Part shown: positions 36,750-48,442 of the stretch, in pieces
How positions within the stretch are numbered: position 1 is the stretch's first letter
Layout of the letters: every line of letters starts with the position of its first letter
Source of the DNA: Convolutriloba macropyga
Taxonomy: Eukaryota
Reading direction: 5' to 3'
NCBI RefSeq assembly: GCF_964194025.1
Contig: NC_134475.1
Span: 43,214,001 to 43,278,000 of the forward strand
DNA length: 64,000 bases
Notes under the pieces: generated by a model
Database searches by the model: none
The model's input: only the letters and a program-made list of their open reading frames with translations
What the model was told of the DNA's origin: nothing
Translations under genes and position numbers: made by a program

Positions 36750-37399
36750 TCAGATAGAATAAATATTCAGTCTTCGCATGTTGTCTGTAAAATAAGGAGG
36801 CAGTCTTGTGTTCAAGTACAACTTTTTACCTGAATTCACATCGGGAATTGTCAGCATCTTTGCATGTAAATGCAGTGGCAAATGCCTAACTAGCGGCTGT
36901 TTAATTTTGAACACTTTCAACATCTCAGGAGGTAATTTCTGCGGCGCAATTTTATACAAATGATGAAATTTGTGATCACCCAAAATTGGACAACCCAATC
37001 CTTCTGAACAATGTACTCTTGCTTGATTCTTTTTTCCGGTCAGCAAATTCAATTCCAATAAACAACTGTCAATTCCAGCTGCAATCAAACTATACTTCGT
37101 AAGAGCTTCTGATTTTGAAAACGATCGCTGGATATTTTCTAAATCTCTAACTGGTGATACTACTTGAGATTTTTCATTCTTTGGAGGTATATAAATTGGT
37201 AGTTTGAAGCGACATCGCATTCTAATTTTGCCATTCTGCAATTCGTGACTGTGTATAGGTAGCCGAATAAGACCCGAGTGTGAGGCAACTTGAGGTTTGC
37301 CCACGCAAAGAGCCCAGTATATTTTCTCGACCTCTCCTTTGCGAAACTTTTCGTTGAGAAAGTCTGTTGTGTGCTGATTAAGACCGAACACAATTGCAC
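36750..37399 (-). CDS. RPUSD4: RNA pseudouridine synthase RPUSD4-like (RluA family), last exon
   Basis: Acceptor ttcacag| at 37401-37400, phase 1. Motifs VEKIYWALCVG, ALTKY, LLELNLLTGKKNQARVH, GLGCPILGDHKF, APQKL and PLHLHA closely follow the RPUSD4 C-terminal half. Stop TGA at 36752-36750. Confidence 0.92.
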
Positions 37400-37865
37400 C
37401 TGTGAACAGAATTGTTCATAACTATCATTCTGAACTAAGTTTCAGTTAAAAATAAAATGACGCAACGAGCTGCTTAAAAAGCAACAAAATATGTTCACAT
37501 GATTGTATGCGTCTCAATTGCTTCTCTCAAAGACAGTAAGATAGCTGCAAGCACCTATGTAACTTATAAACCGAAAACAGAACCAACCAACTTTGGACAA
37601 ATGAATATTGGAATTAACGTTCAAATCAAACTAACATTGCAACCAGAGCAAAAAGATAGCCGTAGTTCTAACAAAGGAGGAGCAACACAATGAATTTGAA
37701 ACTGTATCATCGAGAGCAAATTATTCTTAGAAAAATTATAACACGTTTCAAGATGCTCTGTAAGAAGCATACTAAGATGAAACATTTCAATTTAAACCTC
37801 GTTAAAAACAACCTTTACAACACGGCTAAAAAGAGGTGTTTACGAGCATTTATTTACAATAAATG

Positions 37866-38275
37866 AACATAATCGACTAACGTCTGAAGAATTGCTCTCG
37901 AACATATTAAGGTAACTCGAATCTATTGCGGCTTGCTTCAATCCGGGGGGATGGGTGGGTCTAAATTCACGAAGGGGGCTTCAAATTCAACTGACATTAG
38001 ACAAATAAGTTATTAGAGGTTATTATATACCACTAAATCCAGGCAGGCAGTTCTTTATTACTATACATTACAAACTAAGCTTCTGTTAGAGTTCAATGTT
38101 AGAAAACAGAAGACAACTTTCAAAAACAGGTGAAAGCTGGAAAAGAAATAAAACAAAATTGAAGTCACGAACAAATTTGCTTCAGATAAAACAAAACCTG
38201 TGTTATACCAATACTCCTCTCCGAGGAGACCCGCAAGCTTACAATAGTTGCTTCAAACTTCGTTCGAGATCAATT
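37866..38275 (-). mobile_element. HINE family B, diverged subfamily
   Basis: AACATAATCGACTAACGTCTGAAGAATTGCTCTCGAAC ... GTTGCTTCAAACTTCGTTCGAGATCAATT. Confidence 0.65.
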
Positions 38276-39553
38276 AATAATCAGATCGTTATCTAAAGCA
38301 CTGACGCCAGATTATCACAAGATCTTTCCCACTACACCAGGTCAAAGTCTCCTCGAATTTGACCAAACTTTTGCAAAACAAAAGATGTGAAAACAAATCA
38401 TGGCCCATCAGCTACAAAAAATTACCAGCAAATCTTCTTCAGATCTGATCAAGTCAGCAAAAAGATCGCCTCAAAAAAGAATGTGATACGAAAATCAGAA
38501 TCAAGAACAACAGAACGCATTCCTCAAATGCAGTAAAACGATAGGAACCAACACAAAATAAAGCACTCCACCCAAAAACCTGTTGACTCTTAACAACTAA
38601 TAATAAACAGCTTTGAGAGAAGTAAAGAACGTAATCTGTTCGACTAGTTTTGGTGTAATCGTCTCAACTGTCATGCAAAAGCTGGTAACCAAAAACTGGA
38701 AAAAACACTAATCCTTGCAATTAGTCCAAATTAATCTTTAACGATTGAAGGAAGCCAAAATCAGGCCAAAATTGAAGCTAAAAACTATCTATAATCATGG
38801 ACATTCAACTCATTCGATATTCAAAAAGAATCTCTTGTAGCCAAAATACAGCCTTGCAACTTAACGGAAAACTACGTTCAAACCTCAAGTTGAACAGCGA
38901 CAAAAAGCAAAAAATTATGCTCTCAAAATATCTCAAAAATAGATAATTTGTAGATTACCTCTGGTGATAAGGTCTCCGAGACCAGAAGCAATTAGACAAA
39001 AACCACACAGTAACACAAATTTGCGGAAAAATGCAAAAGAGTTAGCCAAAAAAGATTGTAAAAAACTCATTGCTTAATTATTAATCCCCTGTTGTTGAGA
39101 ACAAACTGAATATGACGTTTGATTACATTAAAGCAAAAATGAACGAAAACACAGAAAATCTTATTTAAACCAGACTTCTGGACATGAAACCGACCTATTA
39201 TCAGCAAGCACCATTCACTTTGATGAAAAAATGATTTCTGCACAGAAAGGAATTGAATACTACAAAAGAAACGAAAGGCAAAGACATCTTGCTGCTAAAG
39301 TTCTAAAAAGGAATAAAATGTTTGAATTAAGAAAACAGCGCTAGCATAGTTAGATAATATTTAACGAGAGATGTAAACCCAAGAAAAAGACAGCGCCTCG
39401 AAAAAAAGTAATTATATTACATCTGTCGCTAACCTTCGCTATTCCATTTACTTTGAAGAACTTAAACTTACCCCATTTAACAGAAAGAAAAACAAAAAAA
39501 GCAGTAAAGAGAGTTGAATTTAGCAAAGAATACAGGTAGCAACAACAGACATT

Positions 39554-40101
39554 AACATAGCCGGCAGATTGCCGGAAAATAGCCGCGATAGACGCTCGTG
39601 GCCTTCCATGGATTGAAACACCTAAAGAAATAAGATAGACAGATCGACCACCAGTCCTTTAATAGACCACAAGACTTTTTGGGTTAGCTTCGGACTGTCA
39701 ATTTTTTGACACATACGTTCTATAAGGAAAAAGCCCTTAAATAGCTATTTCAAAATTGATATTCGAAATCAAAAACTCAAGACTAATAATCACGAATTAG
39801 GGCATAAAAGATTGGCACTACTTAGATGCACACTATTAACTAGTAAATCTTCATAAAAAACTAAAGTTCCATAAGTGAGTTCAGAAGTCATTTTTTTTAG
39901 TGAGGTAAGTCACGCAATTGACCTAAAAGCAGAAACGACGTCACGTACATAAATTTTAACTGCAAAGCAATAGAAGTCACTGAAGTCAATTCCAAGAAGT
40001 CAATTCAAAGAAGTCATGTCGTAAGAATCATCAATGGAGACGACGAATTAAAAAAAAACCACGATGTCCCCAATAATAGCCGCTATCGCTTCGCGGCTAT
40101 T
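39554..40101 (-). mobile_element. HINE family A2-type, empty (no nested C)
   Basis: Perfect hairpin CCGGCAGATTGCCGG plus subTIR AATAGCCGCGA; other end AATAGCCGCTATCGCTTCGCGGCTATT; uninterrupted GACGACGAATTAAAAAAAAA tract. Confidence 0.8.
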
Positions 40102-40102
40102 A

Positions 40103-40490
40103 AAAAGACTAACACCAGATGAATTGCTCTCGACCGACAGGTGAGGGCAATTTAATATAGAGGAGGTGTTGGTTCAAATGTTTTATGGGTGCGAAAAAGC
40201 CGGCGTAACAGGGGTTCCAGTACCGGACCTCCAAGAGGCCAGTCCATCATCTTAACAACTAGGCTACAATGGCGTCGATTCTTTTACGCTCATAATCGCT
40301 TTTCTAATAGCATAATTAGTTAAGAAAAAGAACGATCGCACGAAATGAGCTCAAGCGCGAAAAAGTCCCTCAATAAGTCAAAGAAAGTTCTAGAACAGAA
40401 CTCAACAACAGCCATGGTCAAATAAAAATTTAGCATAAAAAAGACTCACATGTTAACAATAATTGCTTCATACTTCGTTCGAGCGCAGTT
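40103..40490 (-). mobile_element. HINE family B carrying a tRNA-like segment (~40195-40278)
   Basis: Degenerate B termini. The minus strand interior reads TAGCCTAGTTGTTAAGATGATGGACTGGCCTCTTGGAGGTCCGGTACTGGAACCCC. Confidence 0.6.
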
Positions 40491-40567
40491 AACAAAAACG
40501 AAACTCTTTGTCTAAAACCGCCGAAAATCAAGATTAGGTTGCTTAATTTTCAAAACAATAAAATTGA

Positions 40568-41092
40568 AAACATACCCGGCAGATTGCCGAAAAATAGCCG
40601 CCGTTGATTCCAATAAGCATGATTGGGATTGAAAGAATAGACGATATTGAAAAAAAAAGATTTTTGTACAAAAATATTTTTAAGTCCAATTTATATTGAT
40701 GGCACTTCGTAGTTGAACATACTTCTGTCTCTCAGTGAGAGGCTACAGGGTCTAGTTTCAATACCAATAAGCAGTATAGATAGTAACTAAAACTTATGAG
40801 AACAAAGTTCAAGTACCGGGCATCTAAAATGGGCTTTATGGGTTTATCCCGTTTCTATTTCTGACTTCAATTTTTTATACTGACTCTGTTCATTTTGAAT
40901 TGCTTTGCTGAGCAACTGATGTTCAAATTCATTTTAAGCAGAATGAGAGAAGAGAGAAACTAGCCTAGAGAAGTCAAAGATTTCATGCAAAATGTCGAAA
41001 AAGCGACAAAATGCTAAAGCGAAAAAAAGTTTGACGAAGTAAAAAAAATAGGAGCACTATAATAGCCGGCTGAGAAGATGAGGGCGGCTATT
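40568..41092 (-). mobile_element. HINE family A1, empty 525-bp reference copy
   Basis: Both termini intact; uninterrupted GACGAAGTAAAAAAAAATAGGAGC tract. Confidence 0.85.
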
Positions 41093-41229
41093 AAAAATCA
41101 ACATCAACTAGAAAAACTTCAGGCTCCTTAAATGGTCGAAAAAAATTGTTATAGGTTAAACCAATAGCTCAAGCAGATCACTAAAAAGATAAAATGCAAT
41201 CTTAAAAAATTCCTTAGACTGAATAATTT

Positions 41230-42677
41230 AACATAGCCGGCAGATTGCCGGAAAAGCTGCGAAAGAATAGACCTGCGTGCCATATAATAGATAGAAACAG
41301 ATACAGATCTAAATTGGAAAAAAATCGACACCGCTCAAAAAACCAGTTAAAAAACATTCAGCGATAAATTAAAAGCTTGCTAAAATTCATTCCGTAGAAG
41401 CCTCTTATTAGGGATCTTTACTGCACAAAGGAGTTCCTTTGGCCCTAAACAAATTCAAACTAAACATTTAACTAGTTTTAAAGCGCAAAAGTTATTTTAT
41501 TGAATGAGGTAAGTCACGTATGATCAAAATCTAAAAACTTTTGCTAAAGCGACTGAGAAATGACGTCACGCGCGCAAATGCCGTTAGTGAGAGGAAGAAA
41601 TCATTCCGAAAATTTGATTTTTTCAGCTTTGCTGTGAGAACAAATGTAAACCGAAAAAAGAGCGTCAGACGACGAAACAAACAAAAACAGCAGGACAAGT
41701 CCTGACTCAAAATTCAAAGAATTTTCATAGACTAAACAGAAAACTATACCTAGAAAGGACTATGAATGGATTGGGAAAAGCATTTAGAAAAAAATCTGAG
41801 CCAAAAAATCGAAACAACAGTGAAAATCAAAGTGAAATTGCCGCATGTGAACAAGAAACCACTAGCGAGAAAGCAAATTTCTGTTCAAACACCGTTTTCT
41901 AACTCTACTTTAAATTTAGAGCGCAAAAATTTCACGCCGCAAAACCACTCGCTTTTTCGCTCCACTTCCTGTTTCGGCGTGACCAAAATCACTACTCCAA
42001 TTTGACTTCAAAAATTATGAAAACGTGTTAAGAGAGCTTAAAAAAACATCGCCCCAATACAATTCAAATTCTTTAAATTGTAAAACATACCCGGCAGATT
42101 GCCGGAAAATAGCCGCCGTTGATTCCAATAAGCATGATTGGGATTAAAATTACAGAAGATATTGAAAAAAAAAAGATTTTTGTACAAAAACATTTTTTCA
42201 GTCCGATTTATTTTGATGGCATTTCGTAGTTGAACATACTTCTGTTTCTTAGAGAGAGGCTACAGGGGCTACTATCAATAACAATAAGCATTAGAGATGG
42301 TAAACAAGACTTATAGGAACGACGTTCAAATAGCGGGCATCTAAAATTGGGCTTTATGGGTTTATACCGTTTCTATTTCTGACATCCATTTTTGTACTAT
42401 CTCTGTTCATTTTGAATTGCTTTGCTGAGCAACTGATGTTCAAAATCACTTTTAGCAGAATGAGAGAAGAGAGAAACTAGCGTAGAGAAGTCAAAAAGAT
42501 TTCACGCAAAATGTTGAAAAGGCGGCAAAATGAGGTAAAGCGAAACATTTTTTTATTCGACGAAGTAAAAAAAAAATAGAAGCGCTATAATAGCCGGCTG
42601 AGAAGATGAGGGCGGCTATTAAAAAAAACCAAGAGCACCGCAATATAGCTTCACTCAGCTTACAGCTTCGCAGCTAT
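41230..42677 (-). mobile_element. HINE family A3 containing short family C (41686-42082) and an empty A1 (42083-42620) at one site
   Basis: A3 ends: AACATAGCCGGCAGATTGCCGGAAAAGCTGCGAA and ..CTTCGCAGCTAT. C hairpin at 41691-41704 and palindromic end at 42058-42082; A1 follows immediately. Confidence 0.8.
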
Positions 42678-43456
42678 AAAAAACAGCCATCAAATTGAGG
42701 GCAAATCTCAGCTGGGTAAATGGCTGCAAATTGAGGGTAAATAGCCGCGTATTATTGACAGCACATTATTTTCGAAATATCTCAGGTTTAGGCTTGACGC
42801 GTAATTTTCATATGTCAAATGAAAGAAAAAACTCTTGCAATGAATAACGCGCCGTTAAATTTCTGATCTTCTAGATCACTAAAAAACATTTAACTTCATT
42901 TTTTCAAGTATTAGAGCACTATATTTTGAGGCTCTGTTTAGATGCAATCTTCTGACTTTCAATAGTAATTGTATCTAGAATTTACAAGTGCAGAAGCCAT
43001 TCTTCAAGTGATCAAAGCACCCAAAAAGCTGCTATTGAACTAAAAGCGCACAATTCACCTAGAAGCTGATTCAGAAGGTCAAAAACGCACAGCTAAGATG
43101 CTATTAATCCAGAGACAATAAAGATAAAACGAGGCATCTGGAAAATAGCAGCGATGGCTTGGTATACATTTAAAATTGATTCAAATACCAAGAAAAAAGA
43201 CTTAAACTACCAAGACAAGAAATTTCAATTTCTATCATTGCTGTGATGTTTTAATTTGATATTTAACACACAGCTCCAAGAAGAAACTTACACATCGCTC
43301 CAAAGAGCTGCCTTCAAATACGCTTTAATCAAAAACAGATCTCAGTTGCCATTCTATTTAAAGCACAAGTATGTCATTTTAAGAGTTTAGAAAGTTATGT
43401 TTTGACAAAAATATCCACGCAAATTAACAACGAACTCACTCCACCAGAACAAAAAA

Positions 43457-45684
43457 AAACATACCCGGCAGATTGTCGAAAAATAGCCGCCGTTGATTCC
43501 CATAAACAAATGGGATTGAAAGAGAAAAAACTAATAAAAAAAGTTTTTTGTACACAAACAATTTTGAAGTGCGAACTATTTTAATGTCATATTGTGGAGC
43601 TGAACATACTCCTATTTCGTAGTGAGATGACACAGGTGCTAGTAGCAATGCCATGGATTAGATACACAGGGGCTAGTATCAATACCACGTCATCTCACTA
43701 TTTCGTAGTGAGATGACACGGGCTAGATCATACAGGGGCTAGTATATATTGTCAAAAGTGTCAATACCAATAAGCATTAGATATTGTAACTAAGAACAAA
43801 GCGTCAGTAGCAGGTATCTAAAATTGGACTTTTTTGGTTTATCCAGTTTCTATTTCCGACTTACTTTTTTGATACTGACTCTATTCACTTTCAATTGCTT
43901 TGCTGAGCAACTGCTGTCTAAAAACACTTAGCAGAATGAGAGAAGAGTGAAACTAGCCTAGAGAAGTCAAAAAAATGTCACGCAAAATGTTGAACAAGTT
44001 GTGAACTAAGGTACAGCAAAAAAATTTTACTCGACGAAGTCCTGAGCTACAAGGCAAAGAAATGAATGAAAAACAGAACTAATGTACCTGACCAGCAGAA
44101 CAATTGAACAATCCCAGCCAAAAAAAACAGATACTAAAATTTGATATTTTAGTTGAGAAACTAAAATATCAAAACAACCTAAAAAAAAAATTGCTCAAAC
44201 TCTTGAAGCTTTTACAGTGAAGGCCAAAAATGATACAATTCAATATAGTCAATAACTCACCCACCAGCCTTGAAAGAGATTAATTTGCCACTGAAGGTAG
44301 AAAAACTCGAGAGATGACAAATGCTTCAAAAAACTGAAAACTGCAAAATTTAAAGAAACTTTCCCAATTTCGCTGGAAAAAAGTTCAAAGCCTTTTTTAT
44401 GTCTAGAGTTTTGTCTTGTAACCCATATTCAAGACTTACAAAGTGTCGTGGCCAGTAAGGATCGCTAAACTAAGAAAATGATCTAAAAAACAATTGCAAA
44501 TCTTAACAAAATCTTCCTAAATTCAAGATATTAATATCTTCAGAACCATTTCATTGTCTCCAGAGACCATCCAGTATCCCCATAGCAAGCATTGAAAAGT
44601 TTCACTAGCTCAAAAAAAACAAAAATGGAATAACAATTTTCAGAGAATAAAAAAAATTATCATAAAAATGCTAGAACTCGTGTTATTAAAATATTGACAA
44701 CCATTCCAATACCTCTAGAAACTATGCAGTAAATTGTTGTCAAATCGTGGTGGAGGTTCCTGGGCCCCTGATGCAGGAAGAACTCGAAAAATTCGAAACA
44801 TTAAAAACTTAAAATTGCAAGTTTAAAATGAAACTGCTAAAATTCGTGATATAAAAAAATTGAAAGATAATTCGTTGCCCCTAGAAACTATTCAGTAACA
44901 TACTAGCGAACTCTATGGGAGGTTCCCTGGCTACTGGGGAAAAAACTAAATTTTAAGAAATGCAAAAATTGCTAAAATTCGTAATATGAAAATCTTTCAA
45001 AACATTCTACTAAGAACTATGTAACCTGTTATCAAAACCAAAAATTATATTCTTAGACATTGACTGCAGAGAAAACTAAATTATGAAAAAGTTTTCAAAA
45101 CTTAGAAAAAATGCAAAAAAAAAATTGCCAAAATTTGTGATATTAAAATGTTGAAAACAATCTCACGGCCAAAAAGTTTATTTTAGTAACCTATTATCAG
45201 ACCTTAGAGCACGTTTCCTGGCACCTACGGCTGGTTGAAAAAACTTAAGAAAAAAGTCCGAAAATTTGAAAAAAAAACTTTAAAATTAGTATCAATTTGC
45301 GTGTTTATGTTTGGAGTACCAAAACATATAGCTCCTAAAATGGTCATAAAAAGTAATAACGTCTTCCAAAAGACCTTTATCAACTATTAACAAGCCTAAA
45401 CTTTAGACTTTTCCACAGAAAAACTCAAAAATCACAGAAAACGCAAAAAATCGCAATAATTTGGGCTGAAAAACTCCTGAAAATGACCTTTTAAACTTGC
45501 TTGACCACTCTATGCACTTGAAGGACTACTAAACGCGGCTACGGGCCTCTAATGAAACTTAATGCCCGCTGAGCTTTACCCGTTTATCTAGTTTTGAAAG
45601 ACACCAGTAACAATACAATCTAATTCTTGGACTGTAAAAAAATAGGAGCGCTATATAGCCGGCTGAGAAGCTGAGGCGCCTCTT
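43457..45684 (-). mobile_element. HINE family A1 with nested long family C (~44037-45636)
   Basis: A1 termini; junction GACGAAGT/CCTG with half of the C hairpin lost; C end TACAATCTAATTCTTGGACTGTA followed by AAAAAATAGGAGCGC. Confidence 0.75.
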
Positions 45685-45823
45685 TGTAAATTCGAACTAC
45701 AAAGTTTCAAGAATGAATAAACAAGAACCTGATTAAGCGTGACGTCACAGGTCTAAGAAAAAACGTAGACGACAAAACAAAAAACATGGCAGATCAAGTC
45801 CTGAACTAAAATCCAAATTATTA

Positions 45824-46644
45824 AAACACACCCGGCACATTGTTGGAAAATAGTCGCCATTGATCCCCATAACACCGATTGTGATGGAAGGAACAGAAAA
45901 CCGACAATTGATTGTTGTAAAAAGTGAAAACATTTTTCAAGTGAAAACTATTTCGATTGGATTTTTAGTTATTCATACTCCTGTTTCCTATTGAGAGGAT
46001 GCAGTGGCCATCATCATTTCCAAAACGCTTGAGAGATGTTGGCTAAGACTTATAAGAACAAAGTTCAAGTAGTATTTTCGATGCTTAGTCTGTTAATTTT
46101 AGATTGCATTGTGTTAGATTTCATGAAAAACTGTTGAACAAGCAGTGAACTAAGGTAAAGTGAAACAAAAATTTGTTCGATTAATTTAACAACATAAGCA
46201 GGACAATTCCTGGCATACAAGTCAAAGAATTTTCATTGACTTATCACAAGATAGACCCAGAATGGACAATGATTCGATTGGAAAAACCATTGAAACAAAT
46301 CCTATAAAAAATTGAAAAAAAAACAAAACAAATCAAAGCGAAAAACGCCGCATGTGAACACAACCACTAGCGAGAAAGCGAATTCTTGTTCATACACCGT
46401 TATTACCGTTTTCTCACTCTACTAAGAACTTAGATTGAAAAAAATCACGCTGAAAAAACACTCGCTTGTTCGCTCCACTTCCCGTTTCGGCGTGACCAAA
46501 ATCATCGCTTCAATTTGACTTCAATAATCATGAAAATGTGAACAGATCTTACAAAAAGGACAGCGACCCAATACAATTCCAACTCCTTGAAAGGTAAAAA
46601 TAGGAGCAATATAGTAACCGGTTGAGAAGATGAGAGCGGCTATT
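45824..46644 (-). mobile_element. HINE family A1 (diverged) with nested short family C (46191-46596)
   Basis: C hairpin CAGGACAATTCCTG at 46199-46212; C end at 46572-46596 followed by AAAATAGGAGC..GAGAGCGGCTATT. Confidence 0.7.
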
Positions 46645-46870
46645 AACAAGAAACACGGGCAAAACTCAAAATATAAATATTGTATGAAATTGCATAGTGA
46701 TGAAGTCATTAAGACCTTACGCTATCAACTCAAAAATAGGTTTCTTTATTAGATTAAGTGCAAGGACATCAAAAAGAAAAAAATGGGCATCAATAAAAAT
46801 TTGTTGCAAAAGGGGGTTGATTATATCTATTATTATTGAGATTGGGAGACGAGACAACATAGAAAGAACA

Positions 46871-47600
46871 AAACATAGCTAGCAGATTGCCACAAAATAG
46901 CCGTAATAGCTTTGTAGATCTACAATCTCAAAAATATAGTAAAAGAAAGACAAAAATAAATTTTTCATTAAATGGTGAGATGTTACATTTTGATTATGAA
47001 TCTGTATAACTTAATGCTGCTTCTATTGGCTGTTCTTATATAACCTTCAATTAGAGTGACATACACTAAAAAAAGTCAATTTCAGAGTGAGGAAGTCATT
47101 TTTGAGAGTGATGTGAGTCACGCGTAACCAAAAACTTAATCACGCGAATGAACAAAAATACTCGCTCCAATAAGAGTATTTCGATTTTCATGTCGATTTT
47201 CATTGACTAAACAAACAAACGACTAGAACTAGAACGGAATGAGTGAATTGGGAATAAAACTCTATAAAAATCAGATAAAAAACAGAAGATCAATGTCAAA
47301 ATGCCGCATGTGAAAAAAAAAGCACTAGCGCGAATGCAAATTTTTGTTCAAACACCGTTTTCTCACTCTACTTTGAAATTAGAGCAGCAAATTTCACGCC
47401 GCAAAACCACTCGCTTTTTCGCTCCACTTCCTGTTTCGGCATGACCAAAATCACTACTCCAATTTGACCTCACAATTCATAGAAATGTTTGAACAGATCT
47501 CAAAAGAAGACAGCGCCCCAATACAATTCAAATTCTTTGAATTGTAAAAAAAAACAAAGAGAAGGCCAATAATAGCCCCAGCTATCGCCGTGCGGCTATT
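46871..47600 (-). mobile_element. HINE family A2 with nested 3'-truncated short family C (~47195-47546)
   Basis: A2 termini; perfect C palindromic end at 47522-47546; C body matches 41720-42082. Confidence 0.75.
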
Positions 47601-48050
47601 AAAAATGACTGAAATGAAAAAAATGTTTTTTTGAAACAGTGCCAAAGTTGTACAAACACTAACAGTCAACTGAATACATTAAATTGATTCAGTTTTTCCC
47701 TATAAAGGATTCAATGGGAGTTGTGATTAAAGAAACCAAACGCCAAGAGGATAAAACTGACAAAAAATGAGGGCAAAATAATTAATTGTCCATTTTATTT
47801 ACTATTGTCAGACGCACTGTCAAAGACAAAAACCACTAACTATTAGCTGATGATTACCTATGAGTTTTTAATTAGCATGTGTTTTAACGTGTTTAATGGG
47901 TTTGTAAACTCTAAAACACGTTATAAACAGCTCCAAAATAGTCATACTTTCTTTCACTGGCAACGGAAAAATCTCTTAATATAGGAGTCAAATAGAGGCC
48001 GAGATAAATTTTAAAATCCTCGGGATATTGTGTGTTCAAAAGACATTTAC

Positions 48051-48227
48051 CTGATACATCTTGGTCCAATCTATGAATAATCTTCATCATGGTAGGCATC
48101 TCGTGTTGCTTGCTTGCTGTCATAGCCCCAGTTTTGATTCTACCGGTCTTCTTGAGGAGAAACAGCATCCTATCTGTCATACTGTCCATACTATACTGCA
48201 AACCAGCACCGTCCTGCACTGCTAATC
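48051..48227 (-). CDS. RPUSD4: RPUSD4-like, middle exon with catalytic HRLD motif
   Basis: tttctgtag| ... |gtaaat, 177 nt, phase 1-1. Splicing rebuilds NKPPG-LAVQDG (motif I) and IHRLDQDVSG-AIVFG (motif II with the catalytic Asp). Confidence 0.92.
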
Positions 48228-48442
48228 CTACAGAAATTTTAGAAGTCAAAAACGATTGGACAATTTCCATCAAAACAAAAACATATTGCATAAAAATGAA
48301 AAATTAAATATTTTACCGGGGAATTTAATGTTTCTAATTTAATAAGGATTGACAAAATCTGTAAACATTTACACTGCCGAGTTGTTAATTATAAAAGTTT
48401 GCAATACAATTCTGACCCGGATTTCGGTTTTCTTTTATTACT

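Noticed and set aside
47911-48291. 126-aa ORF as a standalone gene (likewise the 136-aa ORFs at 55928 and 56902)
   Set aside because: Only the splice-site-bounded parts carry RluA motifs; the extensions are intronic read-through.
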